Assembly: GCA_039738635.1 (NCBI GenBank)
Contig: JBCLLN010000001.1
Coordinates: forward strand, 42,806-106,805
Origin: Candidatus Saccharimonadia bacterium
Lineage (GTDB): Bacteria; Patescibacteriota; Saccharimonadia; CAILAD01; BJGX01
Direction of reading: 5' to 3'
Length of the DNA stretch: 64,000 bases
Shown here: positions 38,396 through 47,508 of the stretch, piece after piece
Numbering within the stretch: the stretch's first letter is position 1
How the letters are laid out: every line of letters begins with the position of its first letter
Made by a program: the position numbers and the translations under genes
The notes under the pieces: generated by a model
What the model was told of the DNA's origin: nothing
Seen by the model: the letters and a program-made list of their open reading frames with translations, nothing else
The model's database searches: none

Positions 38396-39827
38396 CTATA
38401 ACCTCCCCGCCAAGTATGGCCATGGCTGAGCTAACTAGATCCTGGGTAGCATTTTCTGTGGTATGATTTGGGGTAGGCACAAGCTCGGTAACTAAATGCA
38501 TACTATGGCCATAGACCTTGCTAAAGGCTTTCTCAACTAGGCTGGTGTTATGAGCCTCAGAGACTCTGTCCTTATGGAAGCTAAAACGACACTTGACCCT
38601 AATCTCTGTGCCATTAACGCTCATTTCCGAGCCCATAAGTACGGCATAAAGTGAATTATTGTGGTTTTTTATTACACTGAGAGATTTAATCAGTTGCTCC
38701 TCTTGTTTAACGCTCGATGGTACTATAGTGGGCAATATGGGGCTAGCGGGGTGGGTGCCGACTGGTGAGATAACTCTGCTGGGTGTGGATTTTATCTGTT
38801 CTAACTCTGGGGCTAGCTTGAACGAGGTAGGAGCTAATAATGATTGGCTTGATCTGGCTAGCCCGACCTGCAAGACAAGCTGTGGTAGGCTGGAATGGCG
38901 CATATTTGCTTGAGCCCAATGTAGATTCTCGGCAGTTTGAATTAAAAAAGCACTATCATGGGTTTTGCCTTCTAATAAAAGAGCTTGGATGTGATCAAGC
39001 ATTTGTTGGGTTAGGAGTGAGGCATCGGCACCAATATTAAATAAATCCTGCAGTAAGGAAACTACTTTATTTATATCATGGCTTTTACTGGCATCAAATA
39101 TCTGCTCTATTCTGCTGGTGTCTTGAAGGCCAGTAAAATTAGCCAGTATATCAACGGTAATGGGCCCATCAAGAGTTGATATTTGATCTAGGAGGTTGAT
39201 GGCGTCCCTAAAACCACCTCGGCTGATTGTGGTGATTAGCTCTAGGGCGTTATCATCGATATCGATTTTTTCTTGCTTAGCAATATAGCGCAAATGCTTG
39301 GTCATAGCAGCAGGTGGAATGGACCTAAAGTCAAATCTCTGCGTTCTGGATATGATAGTTGCTGGGAGTTTATGGGCTTCAGTGGTAGCAAAAATAAAAA
39401 CCACATGAGCTGGAGGTTCTTCTAGTGTTTTGAGGAGGGCATTGAAGGCTGGGGTAGTGAGCATATGCACCTCATCAATAATATAAACCTTATACTCTAG
39501 CCTGGCTGGTAAAACTTGGACTTTTTCTCGGAGGCTTCTGATTTCGTCGATACCCCGATTACTAGCGCCATCTATCTCAATAATGTCCAAGTAGTCGGCT
39601 ATGACATCGTCCTTGCCTAGACCGTTGAGCTGTTTCGCGATAAGCCTGGCGATGGTTGTCTTACCTACTCCTCTTGGCCCAGTCAGTAGATAAGCATGGC
39701 TATGCTTGCCAGATGAAATTGCATTAGTAAGCGTGCCCACGACATGCTCCTGGCCGACTACTTGGGCAAATTCAGCCGAACGGTATTTGCGATATAGAGC
39801 CAAATTAGACAAAATTACCTCCCTCAT
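38388..39827 (-). CDS. dnaX: DNA polymerase III subunit gamma/tau
   Basis: LLTGPRGVGKTTIARLIAK, DEVHMLT, ATIISRTQRFDF (SRC-like). Confidence 0.9.
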   Translation of the reverse strand: MREVILSNLALYRKYRSAEFAQVVGQEHVVGTLTNAISSGKHSHAYLLTGPRGVGKTTIARLIAKQLNGLGKDDVIADYLDIIEIDGASNRGIDEIRSLREKVQVLPARLEYKVYIIDEVHMLTTPAFNALLKTLEEPPAHVVFIFATTEAHKLPATIISRTQRFDFRSIPPAAMTKHLRYIAKQEKIDIDDNALELITTISRGGFRDAINLLDQISTLDGPITVDILANFTGLQDTSRIEQIFDASKSHDINKVVSLLQDLFNIGADASLLTQQMLDHIQALLLEGKTHDSAFLIQTAENLHWAQANMRHSSLPQLVLQVGLARSSQSLLAPTSFKLAPELEQIKSTPSRVISPVGTHPASPILPTIVPSSVKQEEQLIKSLSVIKNHNNSLYAVLMGSEMSVNGTEIRVKCRFSFHKDRVSEAHNTSLVEKAFSKVYGHSMHLVTELVPTPNHTTENATQDLVSSAMAILGGEVIDG

Positions 39828-39870
39828 TCCATTTCATTATAGCTGATTAGAGAGCTATTTTATAGATAAA

Positions 39871-40413
39871 TTATACAGTAGAGATTAGAGCTTCAATAGC
39901 TGCCCAGGTGGCCTCGGAGTTGGCAGGGACTACAATGGTAACTTCATCGCCTGATTGAGCTTTAAAGTAGGTAACGCTAGCGTACAAGACTCGATATTGT
40001 CTATCGGCTACAACTGCTACATACTGGCCGTTTTCAAGCGACATCTTAGCAATTATTTTCTTTCGCTCCACAGGACCAATTTGCTTGTATATAAAGCTTC
40101 CATCTTGGGCGATAGTGAGCTTTAGGGTATCGCCTTCTACTAATTTGGATTTAGAGGCATAATTAGCGGGTACTGGATAAGCCTTAGAGTCAGGGCCAAT
40201 CATATTCTGACCATCAAACTGGCCTTCGATAATTTTACCTACCGAATCTTGGGAACCCGGCTGAACAATATTTTGTTTTTTAGGCTTGGGAAGATCGCTG
40301 GAGCTAATACCAAGTTTTTTAAGCTCACCTTCTACCTGCTTAATGGTATCCTGAGCCAATTGCATTTGTACTGCTAAATTTTGCAATACTTGTTGTTTAT
40401 CTTTATCCTTCAT
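39871..40413 (-). CDS. Hypothetical protein (180 aa)
   Basis: Clean ORF; coiled-coil N-terminus; no motif recognised. Confidence 0.3.
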   Translation of the reverse strand: MKDKDKQQVLQNLAVQMQLAQDTIKQVEGELKKLGISSSDLPKPKKQNIVQPGSQDSVGKIIEGQFDGQNMIGPDSKAYPVPANYASKSKLVEGDTLKLTIAQDGSFIYKQIGPVERKKIIAKMSLENGQYVAVVADRQYRVLYASVTYFKAQSGDEVTIVVPANSEATWAAIEALISTV

Positions 40414-40610
40414 TTTGTTTGCCTACCTTACATAAATTACTTTTGCTAATAGTGTAGCAAAGAAAAGCCTAAATGCCAAACAAATGTAGTGGTTCACTTG
40501 CATCGTGGACACTTCACTCTCTAGTTTGGCCCTGTACTCGTCTGGTGTCAAATAGCCCAAAAGTAACAGAGGGCTGTCCTCTATCTGGAAGAGGACAGTC
40601 CTCTATCTCT

Positions 40611-40658
40611 ACTACAACTATAAAAAAGACCCCGAAGGGTCTTTTTTATAGTTGTAGC
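40611..40658 (-). terminator. Bidirectional intrinsic terminator within a 22-bp perfect palindrome, downstream of rplL
   Basis: ACTACAACTATAAAAAAGACCC-cgaa-GGGTCTTTTTTATAGTTGTAG. Confidence 0.7.
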
Positions 40659-40739
40659 AATTAAGGGCTTACTGTAATTCTACAGTAGCGTCCTTCGACA
40701 CGTCTTCGACCGTGACCTCAGACCAAATCGGCTCAGGGC

Positions 40740-41219
40740 TTACTGTAATTCTACAGTAGCGCCGGCTGCTTCAAGCTTTTTCTTGGCTTCTTCGGCTTCT
40801 ACGGCAGGGACATCTTCTTTGACCATTTTAGGGGCGCTGTCTACTACGGCCTTGCTTTCAGCTAAGCCAAGTCCAGATACTTCACGGACAGCCTTGATGG
40901 CATCAATTTTCTTCTCACCGGCAGCAATTAACATCACATTATACGAGCTCTTAGTTTCGGGGGCATCATCTTCGTCGCCTGTGGCCGGGCCAGTTTCGAC
41001 CACGGCTGCTGGAGCGCTCGCACTAACGCCAAAATGACCTTCTAAGACCTTAACTAATTCAGCTAGGTCAAGAACGCTTAACTCTGCGATTTGGTCAACT
41101 AGAGCCTTAAACTTTTTTGGTATAATTGTCTTTTCTTGCTTAGAATCCTCTGGCGCAGCAGAAGCTTCTTTCACGACCTCTTCTTTTGGTTGATCTTTCT
41201 TTGTAGTTTCCTCGGACAT
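40740..41219 (-). CDS. rplL: 50S ribosomal protein L7/L12 with about 45-aa Lys/Glu-rich N-terminal extension
   Basis: C-terminal domain ...KAVREVSGLGLAESKAVVD...AGATVELQ. Start taken at MSEETTKK (41219), directly abutting the rplJ stop. Confidence 0.8.
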   Translation of the reverse strand: MSEETTKKDQPKEEVVKEASAAPEDSKQEKTIIPKKFKALVDQIAELSVLDLAELVKVLEGHFGVSASAPAAVVETGPATGDEDDAPETKSSYNVMLIAAGEKKIDAIKAVREVSGLGLAESKAVVDSAPKMVKEDVPAVEAEEAKKKLEAAGATVELQ

Positions 41220-41220
41220 T

Positions 41221-41751
41221 TTACGCTTTTCCTTTCTTTTCCTGAATGGCACCTAGGGCATACAGGAATTGGGTTATATTACCGTTTAATACTCTTACAA
41301 AACCACTAAGCGGGGCGGCAATTGTTCCTACAACTTGAGCGATTAGAACATCACGGCTGGGAAGCTTAGCTAGCTCCAAGACGACCTCACGGCTAAGAGT
41401 CTCGCCAGACTCATTGATCGCACCTAGGATATTAAGCTTTTGATTATCCTTGGCAAAATCTGCAATTATCTTGCAGGTTTGGGCTTCGTCATTACCAAAG
41501 GCGATGGCCATTGGGCCAGAGAATACCGATGTATCGGCATCCTTGAGATTGGTGTTAGCGATAGCAACTTTTATTAAGGTGTTTTTACTCACCTTATAGC
41601 TTATATCTGCCTCTCGCAAATTATTGCGCAATTGACTTATAGCTGAGACATTTAATCCTCGGTAGTCAGTCATAACGGCAATCTTACTAGCAGAAAAGGC
41701 CTCAGCTAGGGCAGCTACATCAGCTTCTTTTTGCTCACGCGTCTTTGCCAT
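41221..41751 (-). CDS. rplJ: 50S ribosomal protein L10
   Basis: MAKTREQKEADVAALAEAFSASKIAVMTDYRGLNVS... typical L10. Confidence 0.85.
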   Translation of the reverse strand: MAKTREQKEADVAALAEAFSASKIAVMTDYRGLNVSAISQLRNNLREADISYKVSKNTLIKVAIANTNLKDADTSVFSGPMAIAFGNDEAQTCKIIADFAKDNQKLNILGAINESGETLSREVVLELAKLPSRDVLIAQVVGTIAAPLSGFVRVLNGNITQFLYALGAIQEKKGKA

Positions 41752-41964
41752 AGGCTCTCTCCAATACTTTTTAGTTAATGTGCTTGATTACCAAACAAAA
41801 AAATCTTTGGACTAAGCCAAAGAATCTAAAGTTTGAAAATCTATTTAAAAGATTTGTAACCTCTTGCTAGCAAATTTAAGTCTTTTGAACTGCTACAGTC
41901 TTTGGTAATCAAGAATAATTCTAACAGATATGCATAAATATATCAAGCTATTGCTAGGTAGCCT
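41752..41964 (-). promoter_or_regulatory. Candidate rplJ (L10) leader with long-range stem
   Basis: 13-bp perfect inverted repeat CTTGATTACCAAA (about 41789-41801) / TTTGGTAATCAAG (about 41894-41906) in the untranslated region upstream of rplJ. Confidence 0.3.
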
Positions 41965-43215
41965 CTATTCGTACCACCAAGCCAGGCTTGTTGCTAGCTT
42001 ACTGGAATAGTCTTGGAGTGCGCTAGAATCTATCTTGCCAAGGATAGCTTCGGCTAATACTTGGCCCAAACCGTTGGCCTGCGCAATACTTAATCCACGG
42101 CTAGTGAGGGCTGGCATACCTAGCCTTAGGCCACCTGGCTTCCATGGCGACTTAACATCGTTGGGTATGGCATTGCGGTTGGTGATGACCCCACAGGACT
42201 CTAGCCTCTGTTGAAGCTCCAAGCTATCAACATTCTCTGGCAACTTACAAAGGGTAAGGTGGTTTTGTGACTTAGCAGTAAGCTCTACTCCCCCACCCAC
42301 CAAGCCATCTTCTAGCGCGCGAGTATTAGCCAGAACGCTTGCAATATAATTTTTAAAGGGTAGCTTATCTGGGTATTTGTCCTGATTGAGAGCCTCAAGT
42401 AAGCACTGCCCTACGGCGGCTATTTGATTCAGATGCGGACCCCCGCTTGTTCCTGGGAAGACAGTCTTATTGATAGCAGAGATATGGTCATTCTTAGCGA
42501 ACAATAATGCTGATCTGGGACCTCTAAGAGTTTTGTGGGTGGTGGTGGTCACAAAGTCCGCTCCGCTATCACCGCTAACAAATGGACTGCTGTGCTCCCC
42601 TACCGCTACCAAGCCTGCGATGTGCGCGATATCAGCTAGCACCAAGCAACCGTGCCGATGAGCAATTTGGCAGTATTGCTCAAATTCATACTTTCTGGGG
42701 TATGAAGAAAATCCCAGTACCACTAGCTTAGGTTTGTATTCTAGAATTTTTTTATTAAAATCATCAACATCTAGCTCGTAGCCATCTGGGCCACGGCTAA
42801 GATGATAGGATTGGTGCTTAAAAAATTTTAGGTAACTGCTGGTGGAATGTAGGTGGCTAAGATGCCCTCCACTAGCCAAATCAAGGCTTAGAACCGTATC
42901 GCCTAGATTTAGGACCGTCAAATAAACCATTGCATTGGCTGGGCTACCCGATAAAACCTGGACATTCACTCTGTATTCACCAGTTGGGTCAAAGAGTTCT
43001 AACGCTCTAGATTGCACAAACTCCTCCAACTCATCTGATAAAACATTGCCCGCATAGTAGCGCTGGCCAGGATAACCTTCGGCATATTTATCATTCCAGA
43101 TAGATCCCAGTAGGCTTAGTACTTTAGGGCTAGGGTAATTCTCTGAGGCAATCAGATTAAGGCTATTTTTCTGACGCTGTGACTCGGCTTGAGTTAATTC
43201 AAATATTTTGTTCAT
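41965..43215 (-). CDS. glyA: Serine hydroxymethyltransferase
   Basis: VTTTTHKTLRGPRSAL (PLP-Lys), SHMT N-terminal NLIASENY. Confidence 0.9.
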   Translation of the reverse strand: MNKIFELTQAESQRQKNSLNLIASENYPSPKVLSLLGSIWNDKYAEGYPGQRYYAGNVLSDELEEFVQSRALELFDPTGEYRVNVQVLSGSPANAMVYLTVLNLGDTVLSLDLASGGHLSHLHSTSSYLKFFKHQSYHLSRGPDGYELDVDDFNKKILEYKPKLVVLGFSSYPRKYEFEQYCQIAHRHGCLVLADIAHIAGLVAVGEHSSPFVSGDSGADFVTTTTHKTLRGPRSALLFAKNDHISAINKTVFPGTSGGPHLNQIAAVGQCLLEALNQDKYPDKLPFKNYIASVLANTRALEDGLVGGGVELTAKSQNHLTLCKLPENVDSLELQQRLESCGVITNRNAIPNDVKSPWKPGGLRLGMPALTSRGLSIAQANGLGQVLAEAILGKIDSSALQDYSSKLATSLAWWYE

Positions 43216-43317
43216 AAGTTTATATTATACATCAAAATAATTATAGCCCTCAGATATTCCGAAGGCTATAAATAAATTGCTTTAAGTAGAATCAATCTTT
43301 TAAAAGATAACTAATGA

Positions 43318-45105
43318 TTACTTATCTTTAGATCTTTTTATGCTTAAGCGCTGTTCGGACGCGGCCCGACTAAGGCCATACGCGTTATGATCAACATAAC
43401 TCATGGCATTGCCAATAACCGGATCTACGGCACAAACTAACTTGTGCATTTGCTGGCCCACTTTGCGATATGCGGGGTGGCCATCTCGGCCGGTGCGCAG
43501 TTCCAGCATAAACATCAACGCCCTGGCGTTAATATTCATTATTACTCGCATCCGATATGCCAAGCAAGTGACATACTGGGCTGATAGCGGGTAGTCTGGC
43601 GAAAGTAACATGTATAGCATGCGGCTAAGATCCATAGCTTGCTTATAAAGCACAGTTTGACCCATGTCCTCAATGACTGGAGACATTGTCCACCCTAGCG
43701 ATGGTCCAACTTCCCCCCACTCCATAGTCAGTAGACGGTGGCGTTTCCAGTCACGCATAATGCCAAAGTCAATTAACATATCAAAAGAGTAAGTGGCATG
43801 TTCAAAAGCTCTTCCAGGCTTCCACCGACGGTTGCCGGTGGCGCTATCAAAGCTTCCACGGTCGCCACAATAGGCAGTTACCAGCCGCTCTTGAGCTTGT
43901 GGGCCAATACTATTGGCTAGCTCACGGCTCTCAAAAAAGGTTTGATTTGTCGAGCTTTGCTCAAAAATGATAGCCGAAGCTACCTTGAGTAGGTTGTCTG
44001 GATCGCTCCAGCCTAGCGCTACCTCATTATCACTTAGCTCGGCTCTGCTAGTGCCAGTGGCTTTAGTGTTTTGCTTTTCATAAGCACCTACCAGCTCTTT
44101 GACGCTAGCCCGAGTATCTCTTTTATATTTAATCCATTCAAGACCCTTTTTAGGGTCATCAACTTGATTAAAAAATGCCGGAGATGCATCAGGATGGCGA
44201 AGCTCGGTAAGCGCCAATAGGCCGATAGCTCTGGCCTCTGGAAGACCGGAGCTCATGAGCCGTCGAAGCATATTAGCGGCTGCTTGAGCACTGCCATAAA
44301 AGCCAACATTACTAACAATGCCAGCAGGCAGAATAGGCCGAACTGCATCCAGAGCCTGGGCTTTAATTGAAGCTTGGTAGGCCCTGTTATCTCCATCAAA
44401 TTCACTTCTGGGATTTTGGGTCTGGAAGTACTCTTTGGCATGCTCGAGCATCTGTTGGTAGATACCAAACAACTGATCCATTGCTTGGCAATAGTGCTTA
44501 CCATGACGCCCGTCCAAAATACTAGAAGGTAGGTAGTAGCGGAAACGGCCATCGGCCATAGCTAACGAGTAATCAATATAGCGAGTGGACTGCTCAAGAT
44601 AAGCAGCCAGCCTTCCCCTCTCAATTTCATTGATTACAATATTACTTACCTGCTCAAAGACAATATGTACTCCACCAATCTGGCTCACCGAATCGTCCCC
44701 GTACTCATCAAAAATCCGCCGATAAAGATTCTCGGCATGGTCCGTTGAAAAGATAGGGTCTTGAGATTCCCTAGCCAAGGTTTTGGCTATATAGTAAAAA
44801 CAGCTTGATGGATTGTCTTCCCAAGCTTTTTCAGCTTCGGTTTGCGAGATAAATTTAGCCATGCATGATATGGCTATCTCCTTTCTTGCTACAAACTCAT
44901 CTAAGAAAAGTCGCCTGGTACTCTTAGGGCTCCGTGAATATCGAGCAAAAAGCGCTCCTATCAGTATCTGGGGCAAGTTAATGGGGCAAAACACTGGCCC
45001 ATCGATATTGGTGAAGTACTGACGAAGGATATATGCTTCATTCTCGGTAAAGCTCTCCACCACATACACACTGCCGGAGTTGGGGATGGCCATGAATTGC
45101 TCCAT
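43318..45105 (-). CDS. thyX: Tandem (pseudo-dimeric) ThyX/Thy1-like FAD-dependent thymidylate synthase domain protein, 595 aa
   Basis: C-terminal half carries RDWKRHR (RHR motif) and NINARALMFMLELRTGRDGH (ThyX ...NAR.L..F..LR...H). The N-terminal half has a degenerate second copy (FARYSRS; ILPAGIVSNVGFYGSAQAAANMLRRL). Confidence 0.45.
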   Translation of the reverse strand: MEQFMAIPNSGSVYVVESFTENEAYILRQYFTNIDGPVFCPINLPQILIGALFARYSRSPKSTRRLFLDEFVARKEIAISCMAKFISQTEAEKAWEDNPSSCFYYIAKTLARESQDPIFSTDHAENLYRRIFDEYGDDSVSQIGGVHIVFEQVSNIVINEIERGRLAAYLEQSTRYIDYSLAMADGRFRYYLPSSILDGRHGKHYCQAMDQLFGIYQQMLEHAKEYFQTQNPRSEFDGDNRAYQASIKAQALDAVRPILPAGIVSNVGFYGSAQAAANMLRRLMSSGLPEARAIGLLALTELRHPDASPAFFNQVDDPKKGLEWIKYKRDTRASVKELVGAYEKQNTKATGTSRAELSDNEVALGWSDPDNLLKVASAIIFEQSSTNQTFFESRELANSIGPQAQERLVTAYCGDRGSFDSATGNRRWKPGRAFEHATYSFDMLIDFGIMRDWKRHRLLTMEWGEVGPSLGWTMSPVIEDMGQTVLYKQAMDLSRMLYMLLSPDYPLSAQYVTCLAYRMRVIMNINARALMFMLELRTGRDGHPAYRKVGQQMHKLVCAVDPVIGNAMSYVDHNAYGLSRAASEQRLSIKRSKDK

Positions 45106-45221
45106 ATCTACTAGGTAATATTGAATTATGAAGGTTCTTTAAAGCCAAAAATATTGTAGTCTTATTATGGATTAAATAAAACCATTAGAACTACTAAGAT
45201 AATGCTTTCGTTGCAATACTA

Positions 45222-46238
45222 CTATTGCTTGGCAGTCTTAACGGCTTCACTGCGATCTAGCTTAATACTAGGGCTCATTGAGGAACTAAGGAACATATTC
45301 CTTATAAAGACACCCTTAACGCCACTGGGTTTAGCAGACGATAAAGACTTAATGGCAGACTTGGCATTAGTAAATAGATCCTCGGACTTAAAGCTCAACT
45401 TTCCGATAGATATATGAACCACGCCATTGGCATCATTTTTGATCTCTATTTTGCCTTGCTTGAATTCTTCGACTGCGTGGGCTGGATCAGTGGTAACTGT
45501 GCCATTTTTGGGTGATGGCATAAGCCCCTTTGGGCCAAGTACCTTGGCTAGCTTACCTAGTTCGCCCATTTTTTCGGGGGTAGCAATTAATACATCAAAG
45601 TTGAATTTTTCCTGAGTGATTTGACTGATGATAGCTTCGGCGTCATACATATCAGCCCCTGAAGCTTTAGCGGCCTCTGCCTCTGGCTCGGCTGCTACTA
45701 CGGCCACCTTAAGAACCTTTCCGGTCCCCGCTGGCAATATTGAGTTGGTGCGGACTATCTGGTCGGCCTGGCGAGGATCGATATTAAGAGTAATGTGCAA
45801 TTCTGCGGTGGCATCAAACTTGACAGAAGATATTTGAGGCAATAGCTCGATGGCTTCCTTAAGTGGATATAGTTTGTCCTTTGAGATAAGTTCTCTGGCT
45901 ACTTTTTGATTCTTGGTATACCTTATAACTCGAGGTTTTTGAATTGGCTTGGGGGCTTCAATGGCCTTTTTAGCTTCTACCTTTTTGGCTTGTCTTGCTT
46001 CTTCCTTGAGCACCTCAGCCTTGACCTTGGCGCTACGCTTACCAGCCTTGGCTACGGCTGTATCCTCAAGGGCTTCGTCTGCTTTGGGTTGAACTATTTC
46101 AGCTTCAGGTTGAGCTATTGCTGGTTTAGATGATACTTTTTTTGTTAGCTTTTTTGGTTTGATATCATTTGACGATTGTTGCTTATCTTTTGGCATTACT
46201 ACTCTTTCCGTGGTGCAAACCCGTTCGACTACGCTCAC
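45222..46238 (-). CDS. rplA: 50S ribosomal protein L1 with about 100-aa Lys/Ala/Glu-rich N-terminal extension
   Basis: C-terminal 230 aa match L1 (FDATAELHITLNIDPRQADQIVRTNSILPAGTGK...); the N-terminal extension KKVSSKPAIAQPEAE...AKKVEAKKAIEAPKP is histone-H1-like. Confidence 0.8.
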   Translation of the reverse strand: MSVVERVCTTERVVMPKDKQQSSNDIKPKKLTKKVSSKPAIAQPEAEIVQPKADEALEDTAVAKAGKRSAKVKAEVLKEEARQAKKVEAKKAIEAPKPIQKPRVIRYTKNQKVARELISKDKLYPLKEAIELLPQISSVKFDATAELHITLNIDPRQADQIVRTNSILPAGTGKVLKVAVVAAEPEAEAAKASGADMYDAEAIISQITQEKFNFDVLIATPEKMGELGKLAKVLGPKGLMPSPKNGTVTTDPAHAVEEFKQGKIEIKNDANGVVHISIGKLSFKSEDLFTNAKSAIKSLSSAKPSGVKGVFIRNMFLSSSMSPSIKLDRSEAVKTAKQ

Positions 46239-46259
46239 GGTCCCACAAAATTAAAATTA

Positions 46260-46691
46260 TTATTCTACTTCTACTCCCATGGAACGAGCTGTTCCGGCAA
46301 TTATCTTTTTGGCGGCCTCAACATCGTTGGTATTAAGATCGGGAATTTTCTTTTCTGCGATCTCGGTCAGCTGAGTCTGTGTTAATTTACCAACCTTATC
46401 TTTATTAGGAACTCCTGAGGCTTTTTTAAGCTTTAGGGCTTCTTTGATGAGTGTTTTGGTGGGAGTTCCCTTAATAACAAAACTCATTGATTTATCAGCA
46501 TAAATAGTTACTAAAACTGGTGTTGGCTGCCCTTTACGGTCTTGTGTCTGCTCGTTAAATGGATTAATAAAGTCCATCATATTAACCCCGTGTTGTCCAA
46601 GTGAGGACCCAACAGGTGGAGCTGGTGTGGCTTGGCCTCCCATAATTATCATTTTGACTCTAGCGTGTGGTTTTTTTGCTTCTTTTGCCAT
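46260..46691 (-). CDS. rplK: 50S ribosomal protein L11
   Basis: MAKEAKKPHARVKMIIMGGQATPAPPVGSSLGQHGVNMMDF... canonical L11. Confidence 0.9.
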   Translation of the reverse strand: MAKEAKKPHARVKMIIMGGQATPAPPVGSSLGQHGVNMMDFINPFNEQTQDRKGQPTPVLVTIYADKSMSFVIKGTPTKTLIKEALKLKKASGVPNKDKVGKLTQTQLTEIAEKKIPDLNTNDVEAAKKIIAGTARSMGVEVE

Positions 46692-46704
46692 AATAATTCC
46701 CTTC

Positions 46705-47238
46705 CTAAATCCTCTTTACCTGAAGTGAATCAAGCTCCACCGGAGTTTCTCTTCCAAACATACTAACTAAGACCTTGATCTTGCCTTTTTGTTCGTCTAT
46801 TTCATTGACCTGCCCATCAAAACCCTTAAATGGTCCGTCGATAATATTAACAACTTCATCAATCTTGAAATCAATACTGTATTTTGGCTCGTCAATGCCC
46901 ATCCGGCGTTGAATTGATTTAACTTCATCATCACCCAGTGGCGATGGTGCGGTGCTGGTACCAACAAAACCCGTCACATTTGGTGTGTTGCGTACCATGA
47001 ACCATGAATCCTCGGTGATGACCATATGGATCATTATATATCCGGGGAATATCTTGCGCTCTACGGTGCGACGGTGCCCATTTTTAATTTCAATTTGCTT
47101 TTCCTTGGGTACAATAATATCAAAAATCTTGTCTTTCATGTCTAGGGATTCAATTCGTTGACGCAAAGCATCGGCTACTTGATCTTCATATCCAGAGTAG
47201 GTGTGTATAACAAACCAATTTTTTTGTTCTGTAGGCAT
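46705..47238 (-). CDS. nusG: Transcription termination/antitermination factor NusG
   Basis: NGN domain WFVIHTYSGYE, C-terminal KOW GPFKGFDGQVNEID. Confidence 0.85.
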   Translation of the reverse strand: MPTEQKNWFVIHTYSGYEDQVADALRQRIESLDMKDKIFDIIVPKEKQIEIKNGHRRTVERKIFPGYIMIHMVITEDSWFMVRNTPNVTGFVGTSTAPSPLGDDEVKSIQRRMGIDEPKYSIDFKIDEVVNIIDGPFKGFDGQVNEIDEQKGKIKVLVSMFGRETPVELDSLQVKRI

Positions 47239-47429
47239 TATGGAATCCTTAAAATTAATGTTTTGAGGACGGTTCTCCAGATAGTATCAAGGCCTGCTAA
47301 AATTACGCCCAGAATAAGTGAGGCAATAATTATCAAAACCGTAAGCTGCAAGGCCTGTTTTTTGGTGGGCCAAACTACTTTTTGCATTTCTGCAACTGAG
47401 TTCTTGATGTAGGTGGTAAATCCGCGCAT
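47238..47429 (-). CDS. secE: Preprotein translocase subunit SecE
   Basis: 63 aa, EMQKVVWPTKKQ + single TM; position upstream of nusG. Confidence 0.75.
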   Translation of the reverse strand: MRGFTTYIKNSVAEMQKVVWPTKKQALQLTVLIIIASLILGVILAGLDTIWRTVLKTLILRIP

Positions 47430-47508
47430 AAATTGTATTTAATCTAAAAAAGCCTTTTTTCGGCCTTTTGTTTATTCTACCTAATAAATATGCCCGTTGT
47501 CAATGATT

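Noticed and set aside
47430-47508. Expected tRNA-Trp upstream of secE
   Set aside because: No cloverleaf could be folded there; only a terminator-like A6-GCC-T6-CGGCC-T4 element. tRNA-Trp is instead at 53966..54042.
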